Shown: in pieces, positions 13,110 through 22,593 of the stretch | Layout: the number at the start of each line of letters is the position of its first letter | How positions within the stretch are numbered: position 1 is the first letter of the stretch | Source of the DNA: Anaerohalosphaeraceae bacterium | Lineage (GTDB): Bacteria; Planctomycetota; Phycisphaerae; Sedimentisphaerales; Anaerohalosphaeraceae | Direction of reading: 5' to 3' | DNA: 64,000 nt | Assembly: GCA_963675525.2 (NCBI GenBank) | Contig: CAXXSL010000013.1 | Span: forward strand, 544,001 to 608,000 | Position numbers and translations under genes: made by a program | The notes under the pieces: model-generated | The model's input: only the letters and a program-made list of their open reading frames with translations | The model's database searches: none | Told to the model about the DNA's origin: nothing

Positions 13110-14593
13110 TCAATCCACTCTCGCTCCGTTGAAATAGGTAAAGGCTTCCGTCCCGCTGGAGGCGCCGTAAACATTAACCGACGACGATGTTTGAACATAG
13201 CCCTCCAACGTCACGACATCATCGGCATTCAGATACACCGTGATATCGGCCCGCACGCTTTCATCGGTTCCGGCAGCAGTTGTTGCGTCACCCCGATAAC
13301 GTTTGCCGTCGGCATTGATCGACGCGGCGATCAAATCGCCCTTCGCCAGGCCCGTAAAGAAAATCGATCCATGAAACGTATACAGCCCATCCGCCGGGCG
13401 ATGAACTGGCTGTTTTTGGTGCTATATCCGCCGCCTGTATTATCCCAAACGCTCGTTCCGGTGTCAAAATCAATCGTTTCAAACGACGAACTGCCCGGCC
13501 AGGCATACGACGAATCCCGCTTGACCGAAAAACTAATCCGCGCATCCGTCACCGCCGTCACATCATGCACCGCCCCGCCGGTATCGATATAATAAAGCTT
13601 CCCATCAACATTGCTGACAAACACTTTGCCGTAACCGGCTGTCGCGGGCGGAACCTCAACCATCGGCCCCATCGTCATAGCCCCATCAATCGTCAGTAAA
13701 TCATTTGGATCCCTATACACACGAAATCCCTCCTGAAGCCGCACCAAATTCGGACTGCTGAGCACAATAATCCCATCACTATTGGTTATCGCGATCGTTC
13801 CGCCTGCATGTGTAATCGACCCGGCGGCAACATTTAGATGATGGACACCGACTGTTGTTTCGTCGATCCCGCCGATCGTCGTCGTCCGGCCCAACCCAAC
13901 CGTTATTTCATCTGCAGCACCAACGCTTGTCGTGCGGTTCATGCCAACTGAAACATCCTGATCTCGCATAACCTGTTCTGTTGAATTGGCATTGATCGTC
14001 ACAGATTGTGAATTCCCGACGTGCAGGGTCGAATCATGCGCAACGTTTGTAACCGCATCATAACTGTATTCGACCGACCCCTCTGTGTCTTCAAAATAAA
14101 CCGCCGCGCCGTCGCCCGCATTACCGACCGTCAGCGTCGGCTCGGTTGTCTCACTCCGCAGTGCCGCCGGCGTTTTCAATCGATACGCCACGTGCGCAAA
14201 GGGTGTCGCCTCCAGTTTGATCAGCGGAGACAGTGCCTGATACTCATTCGGGTCCTCCAGTTGTCCATCGCGAACCCCAATCTCCATCCAGCGGTCCGAC
14301 CCGTCAAATATCTCTCCTGCCTCCCAGACCGGATCATACTCAAAGTTCACGTTCAGCGTCACATAGCCATCGGACACCGGATGATCGAGGGCCGTAAAAA
14401 CGGCGACAATCTCTGAGATATTTGGATCGGACCCGTCCCAGAGGTATAATACGATATCAACGATCCCATCGAGTGGCGAGCCGTCGTCATAGAGCCGCCC
14501 CTGATATGTGAAGGTCTGATTGGACCGTATCATGACCGCATGTACCAAGCCGCATAACACCGCCAAAATGATAAATATCCACAAACGCTTCAT
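13110..14593 (-). CDS. Secreted fibre/spike-like protein: FTYQGRL N-domain, gp5/VgrG-like octapeptide repeats, C-terminal C1q-like domain; one frameshift near 13397
   Basis: Joins track ORFs 13331..14593 and 13110..13334. Adding one C restores the C1q-like QFIAPADGLYTFHGSIFF...YFNGARVD. Confidence 0.75.
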
Positions 14594-14632
14594 GGTTCTT
14601 TCCTTTCGCTATATAAAACGCACAATCACGTA

Positions 14633-15058
14633 TTACTTCAAGGGCCAACCTGCCGGGCAATAGTCCAGCCACCAGTACGAAAGCTCCCAGAAATCCTCAA
14701 GATCCACCCGCCCGCTCTCATCAAAATCCGCTGTCGATAAGGGATCAACGCTCAACCACTGCTCAATGAAGATCGTCAGGTCATCCAGATTCACCACACA
14801 CCCCATCGATCCCGGCCAATAGCCGCCAGATAAAACAAATGTCCCGCCGGATGCAACCTGCGCATCCGGCTGGCCGATCGTACCGACCATCACATATGCC
14901 CCGCCGCTGCAAACAACATCGCCACCGTCAATCGTGTACCAATCAGTCGAGTAATCGCCGAAAACAGGAAAACACAGTAGAAGAAACAGCAGAATTGCGA
15001 GCGTAGAACGAACCGGCCAGTTGATTGAAAAAAGACCTGCCTGTAATTGGATTTTCAT
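14633..15058 (-). CDS. Small secreted protein (WYTIDGG...GTIGQPDA...GGYW) with dockerin-like C-terminus
   Basis: Signal peptide; ADFDESGRVDLEDFWELSYWWL; ends DYCPAGWPLK. Confidence 0.75.
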   Translation of the reverse strand: MKIQLQAGLFSINWPVRSTLAILLFLLLCFPVFGDYSTDWYTIDGGDVVCSGGAYVMVGTIGQPDAQVASGGTFVLSGGYWPGSMGCVVNLDDLTIFIEQWLSVDPLSTADFDESGRVDLEDFWELSYWWLDYCPAGWPLK

Positions 15059-15188
15059 GTGGTTTCCCTCCTGTTCCAAGTAAGTTTATTATACAAAAAC
15101 CCGAAAAAAATGCAAGTTGTTTAAGAGACCAAAGCCCTGCCGGGGCCGCAACACTCCCTGATAACCGTTGACTGACAACTGACGGTTT

Positions 15189-15812
15189 CTATTTCAACGG
15201 CCATCCATCCGGGCAGTAATCCTGCCAATACCCCGACAAAATCGTAAGGTCATCCATGTCCACATCCCCGGTTCCATCCAGATTCCCCGCCGGATTCGCT
15301 GTCAGCCAATACGAGGCGAAGTTTGTCAAATCCTCCAGTGTGACGATGCAGGCCCGCACATCCCAACTTTGCGTCTCGTCAAAGTGAATCCAGCCGATGT
15401 TTTCGCCCCACGCCCAGCCGGACAGCTTACCGTCACCATCGATGGTAACTTTGTACTGATTGGTTGTGTCGCCCAGTACATCCGGGTCAAAGTTGACCCA
15501 GCCGACATTCTCGCCCCACCCAAAACCGCTCAGGTTGCCGGCACCGTCGTTGACCACACCATAACCGGCGGCCCCGCAGGTGCCGTTGTTTTCACAATGC
15601 AGATTGATCCAGCCGATGTTCTCACCCCACACCCAGCCGGTGACCTTATCGCTTGCCACCTGCATCCCGTCACCGGTTCCCGGCTCGGCGTTCAGCCAGC
15701 CGGTATTTTCACTCCAGCCATACTGCGCATCAGTGCCATACGGGTCGATATTCACAGCAAACACAAGACCATATGCAAAGAAGACCATTAAAATTATAAC
15801 CGTCTTTCTCAT
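15189..15812 (-). CDS. Secreted protein with four GWxWGENxGW repeats and dockerin-like C-terminus
   Basis: Repeats GWSENTGW / GWVWGENIGW / GFGWGENVGW / GWAWGENIGW; ends DYCPDGWPLK. Confidence 0.78.
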   Translation of the reverse strand: MRKTVIILMVFFAYGLVFAVNIDPYGTDAQYGWSENTGWLNAEPGTGDGMQVASDKVTGWVWGENIGWINLHCENNGTCGAAGYGVVNDGAGNLSGFGWGENVGWVNFDPDVLGDTTNQYKVTIDGDGKLSGWAWGENIGWIHFDETQSWDVRACIVTLEDLTNFASYWLTANPAGNLDGTGDVDMDDLTILSGYWQDYCPDGWPLK

Positions 15813-15872
15813 CGTTCCATCCCTTCAAATTGATTCATAAACATTGATTGTCCATGTCATTTTTTTTCTGTA

Positions 15873-16532
15873 TCAGGATTCGCCGCCGTCGCTGCCGATG
15901 TCCCACAACTCAGTCTGCCACGGACCGGGCTTGCCATCAGGATCGAGGGGGCGATATTCCCACTTCATCGTATCGTAACTGCCGAAGGAGACCACCTCTT
16001 TCAGCGGGGTCCGTGCAGAGATGGGAGCGATATACGTTACTCGTGCGTTGGTCAGCGTCAACCGATAAAAAACCACCCGCCCGTAGTCAACCGTTGACGT
16101 GGTTCGTTCCAGAATCACCTGTGCAATGGTGGTATTGTTACAAGCTTTAAGCATCAACGGGACGGACGCAAGGTCGGTCTCTTTGGCGATCAATAAATTG
16201 GAAAGCTTGGGAAACGGTGAAGCTTTCGGGTCTGCGCCATTTTCGACGTGCAGGGTATAACCCACCAAATCAATCCAGTCTGCATGGTTCGCATCGTTCA
16301 CCTCGCCCGGAATTCCGGTCAGGAATAAATACATCGAACTGAATCCCGGTTCAGCAACCGGCACGACCACCGGCTCAAACGCCGCGGCGTAAATCTCGTT
16401 GAGCGTTCGCATGGTTCCCGACGGCGCCCCCGGCGGATTCAGGTCACCCGCTGTTAGCGTCCAGGCCAGACCAACGATAATTAAAACTGACAGCAAACAA
16501 ATTGTTCGTTTGTGACGGTTGAGCGTTTTCAT
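15873..16532 (-). CDS. Hcp (T6SS/phage tail-tube fold) domain protein with signal peptide and GxLNPP leader motif
   Basis: MYLFLTGIPGEVNDANHADWIDL...KETDLASVPLM...FYRLTLTNARV...KEVVSFGSYDTMKWEY resembles the Hcp consensus. Confidence 0.8.
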   Translation of the reverse strand: MKTLNRHKRTICLLSVLIIVGLAWTLTAGDLNPPGAPSGTMRTLNEIYAAAFEPVVVPVAEPGFSSMYLFLTGIPGEVNDANHADWIDLVGYTLHVENGADPKASPFPKLSNLLIAKETDLASVPLMLKACNNTTIAQVILERTTSTVDYGRVVFYRLTLTNARVTYIAPISARTPLKEVVSFGSYDTMKWEYRPLDPDGKPGPWQTELWDIGSDGGES

Positions 16533-16562
16533 AATTTTATTCTTTCATATCAGATTTTATCA

Positions 16563-17789
16563 TCAATATTGATTGGTCCCCATTGTACAACCGGGAAGCG
16601 CATGCAGATTATCGCCATGGCCAAATGAAGTATTTTCATCGACAAGCCCATAAGATCCAATTCTCAAACCGTATACATCCTTCTCTGTAGCAGCATCATG
16701 TCCATTAAAATAGGCATTGTTACCAATCACAGTACAAACGCCATTTGCATAAATGCCGGAGGTATATGGAAGTAGAGATGTTGCTTCACGTCCATTGAAG
16801 CCGACGGTATTGCCTTTCACGGAACAACCGTCTCCAACAACAATGCCATAGATGTACTGAGACGCAGAGCTCTGAAAACCATTGTAATTGACGGTATTAT
16901 TGTTTACGGCACTAATTATGCCGGCTTCAATTCCATAAACACAGTCACCTGTAGCCAATTCTCCATTCTTTTTAACAATACATCCAGTCACCCGACTGCC
17001 TTCGGACACAGAAATGCCCCACACATTATCGCTCGCGGATTTTCCGTTATCGTTTGCAATACAATTGGAAATAATACCGTTTTTCCCCGTACCAATTCCC
17101 ATAACTCTGTCCGCAGACTCGCCGTTGTAATTTGCGACACAATTAGAAATGCTGCTGTTATCGTGAACGCAAATGCCAAACGCATAGATTTCATTTGAAG
17201 ATGTACCGTTGTAGTTTGCGGTGCAGTTTTGAACGACGCTGTCATCTCGCAAATAGATCCCGTTTTCTCTGGCCCTGAACACTTGCATGTTAAGGACGCG
17301 GACATTTTCAGAATTCACGTCGGCGTAGATTCCATTGCGAAATCCTTTATAGAACACTATACCGGATGATCCGTATCGGCTCTGAATCGTTCCATTGCGT
17401 ATTTCAATATTCTTCTTTTCAGCCGCTATGTATATCCCGTCAAAATCTAAATTGCCGGCTTGAGCCCAGGATGAATACAATCGATAGCCCATCAGGTCCA
17501 CTGTTACGTCATCGGCATTGATCAGGATGCCGTGTTTAAAATTGCTGGTAAAGTTCTCTGTTAGATAATACGACCCCGGCTGAGAAATAATATACGTTGC
17601 CGTCGAGTCACCCGGCGTATTTGTTTGATTGATCGCAATCCGCGGCTCCACCTCATCCAGCGGCTTCATCGTTGACCCCGGCACCCCCGGCGGATTCAAA
17701 CTGCCGGCATGAGCCGTTGGTGATAAAATAAAACATACCGCCGCAATAACGAGCACAACAAACAAATTTTTTCTTACGTGTTTCATCAT
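16563..17789 (-). CDS. Secreted right-handed parallel beta-helix repeat protein
   Basis: Signal peptide, AGSLNPPG...IISQPGSYYLTEN, repeated GI.V...S.V..C.A..NG. Confidence 0.85.
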   Translation of the reverse strand: MMKHVRKNLFVVLVIAAVCFILSPTAHAGSLNPPGVPGSTMKPLDEVEPRIAINQTNTPGDSTATYIISQPGSYYLTENFTSNFKHGILINADDVTVDLMGYRLYSSWAQAGNLDFDGIYIAAEKKNIEIRNGTIQSRYGSSGIVFYKGFRNGIYADVNSENVRVLNMQVFRARENGIYLRDDSVVQNCTANYNGTSSNEIYAFGICVHDNSSISNCVANYNGESADRVMGIGTGKNGIISNCIANDNGKSASDNVWGISVSEGSRVTGCIVKKNGELATGDCVYGIEAGIISAVNNNTVNYNGFQSSASQYIYGIVVGDGCSVKGNTVGFNGREATSLLPYTSGIYANGVCTVIGNNAYFNGHDAATEKDVYGLRIGSYGLVDENTSFGHGDNLHALPGCTMGTNQY

Positions 17790-17816
17790 TTTCCCCTTTT
17801 TGCTTGAAACATTATT

Positions 17817-19127
17817 TTATGGAGCTACGTTTTTGCCATAGACACAGGTAGCGATAGTCGTATCCATGTTTATTGCCGAGCCCGCTCCATCCCCATTGCT
17901 ATATACCGTATTCTGGTCGACAAGGCTATATCCTTCAAGATATATACCATAGACGTCACTGCCGCCCGAATCCCCGTTATCGTACGAAGTATTGGCTGTT
18001 ACGGTACAGGCAGTTTTGGCATAGATGCCATAAACATTTCCGCTGGCGGACCTCCCATTGTAGTAGGTCGTGTTGCCGGTCACCGTACAACCGCTGTTGG
18101 CATAGATGCCAAGAACATCAAGGGTCGTTGAATACCCGTTATTATTGACCATGTTGCCGATTACTGTACTGCCGCTGCTGGCATGGATACCAAGTACGTT
18201 ACCTTCAGCCGAAGAGCCGTTTGCGTAGATCGTGTTGCCTGTCACCGTGCAGTTGCCAACGGTATAGATGCCCCAGAAGCTGGCAGCCAAATATCCGTTG
18301 CCATAGACCGTGTTGCCTGTCACGGTACTGCCGCTGCTGATGTAGATGCCATGGACTTGGCTGGTAGATGAATTTCCGTTGTTGTAAACTGTGTTGCCGG
18401 TCACCGTACTGCCGGCACCGGCACAGATGCCGTAAACGCTTAAGCCCGTAGCTGTATCTCCATTGTTACTGACCGTATTGCCTGTTGCCGTACTGCCATC
18501 GCCGGCATGGATGCCGTAGACGTACTGGCCTGTAGCCGAGTTTCCGTTGCCACTTGCTGTGCAGTTCTTGACAAAACTATCAGTGCTAAGCAGGAGAATT
18601 CCATTTCCCCTTGCATCGGTAACACAGATATCTTTTACCCGAATTCCTTTGGTGTCAGCTTCGGAATAAATCCCATTCCGAAAACCCCGAAAAGTCAGAA
18701 TGTGAATGGTCGTGTTGTCACTGGCGATCGTACCATTGCGAATCTCTATATTTTTGTGATCAGGAGCAATATGAATCCCGTCAAAATCTTCATTGTTACC
18801 CAGTGGTTTGCTGTAGGAGGACCACAGTCGATAGCCCATCAGGTCGATTGTTACATCATCCGCATCGATCAGGATGCCGTGCTTAAAGTTGCTGGTAAAA
18901 TTACCCGTCAGGTAATACGAACCGGGTTCGGCAATAATGTAAGTATTGTTCGGATCGCCGGGCGTGTTCTCATCATTAATCGCAATCCGCGGCTCCACCT
19001 CATCCAGCGTCTTCATCGTTGACCCCGGCACCCCCGGCGGGTTCAAACTGCCCGCCGATACGACCGAAATACAAACAAAAACAAGACCCCACAACTGACC
19101 GCCTTTAAAAACCGCTCGCATGTTCAT
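17817..19127 (-). CDS. Secreted right-handed parallel beta-helix repeat protein (paralog)
   Basis: Same N-terminal motif; repeated VYGI.A..GSTVTGNTV..NG. Confidence 0.85.
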   Translation of the reverse strand: MNMRAVFKGGQLWGLVFVCISVVSAGSLNPPGVPGSTMKTLDEVEPRIAINDENTPGDPNNTYIIAEPGSYYLTGNFTSNFKHGILIDADDVTIDLMGYRLWSSYSKPLGNNEDFDGIHIAPDHKNIEIRNGTIASDNTTIHILTFRGFRNGIYSEADTKGIRVKDICVTDARGNGILLLSTDSFVKNCTASGNGNSATGQYVYGIHAGDGSTATGNTVSNNGDTATGLSVYGICAGAGSTVTGNTVYNNGNSSTSQVHGIYISSGSTVTGNTVYGNGYLAASFWGIYTVGNCTVTGNTIYANGSSAEGNVLGIHASSGSTVIGNMVNNNGYSTTLDVLGIYANSGCTVTGNTTYYNGRSASGNVYGIYAKTACTVTANTSYDNGDSGGSDVYGIYLEGYSLVDQNTVYSNGDGAGSAINMDTTIATCVYGKNVAP

Positions 19128-19412
19128 CGCACTCTCCTTTTTTGGACTGCGGCAATAGTTATGGATTGCAAAGGGAAAACATCACTTTCATCTCGATGTA
19201 TCGTCATAGACGGATATACGCTTATTTTATCCCTCCAATCCGGATTTTATCCTCTAATTCTGTCCACAATTATACCAAAAAACCGACAAAACCCCAAGAA
19301 AATTTTACCATTATCGGCCCAAATATCCTTTTCGGTTGTCAGACAGCCGCTTTTACGATATGCTTTCGGCCAAGCTGAACGTCAACTTCAAATCAGGAAT
19401 AATGAACTCAAA

Positions 19413-20189
19413 ATGTACTCATTCTTAAAAAATATCGTTACCCAGGCGGGCCGCATCACGACCGAATATAAATCCCGGCTGAGCGAAGTACACATCGACC
19501 GCAAAAGCGAAAAAGACCTTGTTACCGAAGCGGATGTTGCCGTGGAAAACTATCTCGTCGAACAAATCAAAAAGACCTACCCCGACCACGCCATTTTCGG
19601 CGAAGAAACGGGGCGGCACGCCGGCAACGAATACCGCTGGATCATTGATCCCATCGACGGCACCACCTCGTTCGTCCATGACCAGCCGTTCTTCAGCAAT
19701 TCCGTCGCGCTGGAACACAACGGCGAGATTATTCTCGCCGCCGTCAACGCCCCCGCATTGGGTGAACTGTTCATGGCCGAAAAGGGCAAAGGCGCCACAC
19801 TGAACGACAAGCCGATTCATGTGTCCACCCGCGACAAATTATCCGACTGCGTCCTCGGCACCGGCTTTGCCTGCGTCCGTCAGAATTTGGCACACAACAA
19901 CCTGCCTTATTTTGAAAAGGTCGTGACCGTTATCCGCGGCGTCCGGCGCTACGGCTCGGCGGCCGTCGACCTGTCCTACGTCGCCGCAGGAAAACTCGAC
20001 GGATTCTGGGAACTGAACCTGCAGATTTACGATATGGCCGCTGGGCTGTTGATTGTCACCGAAGCCGGCGGCACCGTCACCGACTTCGCAGGCAAAAACA
20101 AAAAGATGCCTCACGAAACCCTCGCCACCAACGGCAAAATTCATGATGAACTGTCCGGAATGCTGATGGAGGTTAAACATGAAATCTGA
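19413..20189 (+). CDS. suhB: Inositol monophosphatase family protein
   Basis: DLVTEAD, GEE, WIIDPIDGTT, RRYGSAAVDL, YDMAAG motifs. Confidence 0.9.
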   Translation: MYSFLKNIVTQAGRITTEYKSRLSEVHIDRKSEKDLVTEADVAVENYLVEQIKKTYPDHAIFGEETGRHAGNEYRWIIDPIDGTTSFVHDQPFFSNSVALEHNGEIILAAVNAPALGELFMAEKGKGATLNDKPIHVSTRDKLSDCVLGTGFACVRQNLAHNNLPYFEKVVTVIRGVRRYGSAAVDLSYVAAGKLDGFWELNLQIYDMAAGLLIVTEAGGTVTDFAGKNKKMPHETLATNGKIHDELSGMLMEVKHEI

Positions 20190-20571
20190 GATCGTTTATG
20201 TCGAACTCAAGACAGGTTACAATGACAACGGTCCGGCATGGATTGGCAAAGCAGACTTCTCCAAAACAGGCCTCACAATTTATTTTAATGGACAAGCCTT
20301 TCGGTCCTGCGACGGAAAAGGCATTGGGGCAAACTACTACGACATCGAAACTGAGGATGAATACTGGATCTCTGGTGTGAAAAAGAATCAACAGGACAGA
20401 CACTGGGCAGGTGGAGGCTCAATTATGATTGACAAAACAATTGTCGAAGAATATCTGAACCTGATTGGTGTTAAAGAATTGGATAGAAAACAATTTCAGG
20501 TTGTAGAGTTGGATAATACTGATATTCGGAGCCGTATTTACGAACTCGAAAACCGTAAAACAAAACAGTAA
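20179..20571 (+). CDS. Conserved hypothetical protein
   Basis: Coupled to suhB; YVELK.G..D.GPAWIG...NYYD.ET..EYWISG.K pattern looks like a real small family. Confidence 0.7.
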   Translation: MKSEIVYVELKTGYNDNGPAWIGKADFSKTGLTIYFNGQAFRSCDGKGIGANYYDIETEDEYWISGVKKNQQDRHWAGGGSIMIDKTIVEEYLNLIGVKELDRKQFQVVELDNTDIRSRIYELENRKTKQ

Positions 20572-20658
20572 AAACAGGGACTAAAAACAGAAAAACAGGG
20601 ACAGTCACCTGTTTTTCAGGTGCAATCTATACTGTCGACAAACAATAGGTGGCTGTCC

Positions 20659-22152
20659 CTATTTATTCGAAGGCAAGTCCGACAACGTCCGTTTAACCGC
20701 CTTCTGCCAATCCGCATAAAGCCTGTTCGACTCGCGCTTTGGCATCCGGGGGCAGAAAGTCTTGTCTTTCTTCCAATATTTCTTCAGCTCATGGGTATCT
20801 TTCCAATATCCAATCGCCAAACCCGCAAGATACGCCGCGCCGCAAGCCGTTGTCTCAATAACCTTCGGCCGTATCACATTAACGCCAAGTATATCCGACT
20901 GAAACTGACACAAAAAATTATTCGCCGCCGCACCGCCGTCGATTTTCAAATCCCTGACTTTGAGCTTCGAATCTTTCCGCATCGCATCCAGCACATCTCG
21001 CGTCTGATAGCAAATCGCCTCGAGTGCCGCCCGAACAATATGATTGTTTTCAGTTCCTCGCGTAATCCCGCAGATAGTGCCCCGGGCATCCTGGTCCCAA
21101 TACGGCGCCCCCAGTCCCACCAGCGCGGGAACAAAATAAACCCCGGCGTTATCCTTGACAGCCTTGGCCATCTTTTCCGAATCCAACGTATCCTTTAAAA
21201 TCTTCAACCCGTCCCGCAGCCACTGAATGGCCGAACCGGCAACAAAGATTGCCCCTTCAAGCGCATACACCGGCTCGCCCGACGGCCCGCACGCCAGCGT
21301 GGTAATCAACCCGTGTTTTGAAACGGGGCGATTCCTGCCCGTATTCAACAGGGCAAAACACCCCGTGCCGTAAGTATTCTTTATCGTGCCCGGCTCAACG
21401 CATAACTGCCCAAAAAGTGCTGCCTGTTGATCGCCCGCAATACCGGAGACAGGAATGCCGGCAGGCAGACGCCCGATTTTGACGGTTTGTCCAAAAAGCC
21501 CCGAAGAGATCTTCACCTCCGGCAGAATGGACGCCGGAATGGAAAACATTTTAAGGATGTCCTTGTCCCACGTTAATGTATTGATATTAAAAAGCATGGT
21601 GCGCGACGCATTCGTGTAGTCGGTCGCATGACATGCCCCGCCGGTCAGCTTCCACAAAACCCAGGCATCCGTCGTGCCGAAACAAAGCCTTCCCTCTTTG
21701 GCCTTTGCTAATGCGCCTTTGATGTTTTTGAGTATCCACTCGATTTTCGTTGCGGAAAAATACGCATCGACGGGCAGCCCTGTTCGCTTTTTGAAAAATT
21801 CCGCCTTCCCTTTTTTCTTGAGCTGGTCACATCGCCCCGCGGTTCTTCGGCATTGCCACACAATCGCATGATAAACCGGCTTGCCCGTTTCCCGATCCCA
21901 GAGGATGGTCGTCTCACGCTGATTGGCGATCCCAATCGCAGCAATGGACCCGGTCGGCACTTTCCTGAGAACATCCTGAACGGATTGATTGACACTGTCC
22001 CATATTTCCTGCGGGTCATGCTCAACCCATCCGGGCGCGGGAAAATACTGCCCAAATTCCCGATACGCACCGGCAACCGTGTTCCCCCTCTTGTCATAAA
22101 CAACCGCCCGGCTCCCCGTCGTCCCCTGATCAATCGACAAAACATATTTCAC
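20659..22152 (-). CDS. glpK: Glycerol kinase
   Basis: IDQGTTGSRA, NQRETT, WQCRRT, TDYTNASRT, GDQQAALFG, KNTYGTG. Confidence 0.96.
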   Translation of the reverse strand: MKYVLSIDQGTTGSRAVVYDKRGNTVAGAYREFGQYFPAPGWVEHDPQEIWDSVNQSVQDVLRKVPTGSIAAIGIANQRETTILWDRETGKPVYHAIVWQCRRTAGRCDQLKKKGKAEFFKKRTGLPVDAYFSATKIEWILKNIKGALAKAKEGRLCFGTTDAWVLWKLTGGACHATDYTNASRTMLFNINTLTWDKDILKMFSIPASILPEVKISSGLFGQTVKIGRLPAGIPVSGIAGDQQAALFGQLCVEPGTIKNTYGTGCFALLNTGRNRPVSKHGLITTLACGPSGEPVYALEGAIFVAGSAIQWLRDGLKILKDTLDSEKMAKAVKDNAGVYFVPALVGLGAPYWDQDARGTICGITRGTENNHIVRAALEAICYQTRDVLDAMRKDSKLKVRDLKIDGGAAANNFLCQFQSDILGVNVIRPKVIETTACGAAYLAGLAIGYWKDTHELKKYWKKDKTFCPRMPKRESNRLYADWQKAVKRTLSDLPSNK

Positions 22153-22189
22153 GCAATGATCCTCCCGGCAATAGTAAAACTGCGATATC

Positions 22190-22555
22190 TTATTTCACGC
22201 GGTACATCGTGTAGGTGCCGTCGACGGGGCCTTTGTAAAAGCCTGAAAATTCATCGCCGCTCAACGTTCCTCCGCCGGAGTAGAGCCCTTTATCGGCGGT
22301 ATATTCATACAGGCCGTCTTTGAGAATCCCATCCATAATATGCATCGGGTCCTTGGTCGAATCGAGTGTGTCCAGTATCAGCACGCGGTAATTGTCATCG
22401 CCCATCGCCGTCACCTTTGCGGCGAAGGTGAACTCATTGCCCTGCGAATCGGTCCCGCTGCCGATCCAGTCGCCCGCAAACTCAGCAGTACATCCACTTA
22501 AAAAAAGAGCCATGCACATCAACACAACAGATACAATCAGTTTTTTCACAATCAT
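22190..22555 (-). CDS. Hypothetical lipoprotein
   Basis: Lipobox LSGC after a hydrophobic signal; RBS AAGGAG. Confidence 0.7.
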   Translation of the reverse strand: MIVKKLIVSVVLMCMALFLSGCTAEFAGDWIGSGTDSQGNEFTFAAKVTAMGDDNYRVLILDTLDSTKDPMHIMDGILKDGLYEYTADKGLYSGGGTLSGDEFSGFYKGPVDGTYTMYRVK

Positions 22556-22593
22556 CTCCTTTCGTCGCAGTCATTGCGACCGAATCTTCATCA

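Noticed and set aside
10918..13222. DGR template/variable repeat pair
   Set aside because: Mismatches are not confined to adenines, and no reverse transcriptase is present in the window.
13110..16532. A type VI secretion locus, or the tail of the capsid module
   Set aside because: No sheath, baseplate, ClpV or membrane complex is present. The signal peptides argue against cytoplasmic assembly onto a capsid, so a link to the head genes is unsupported.
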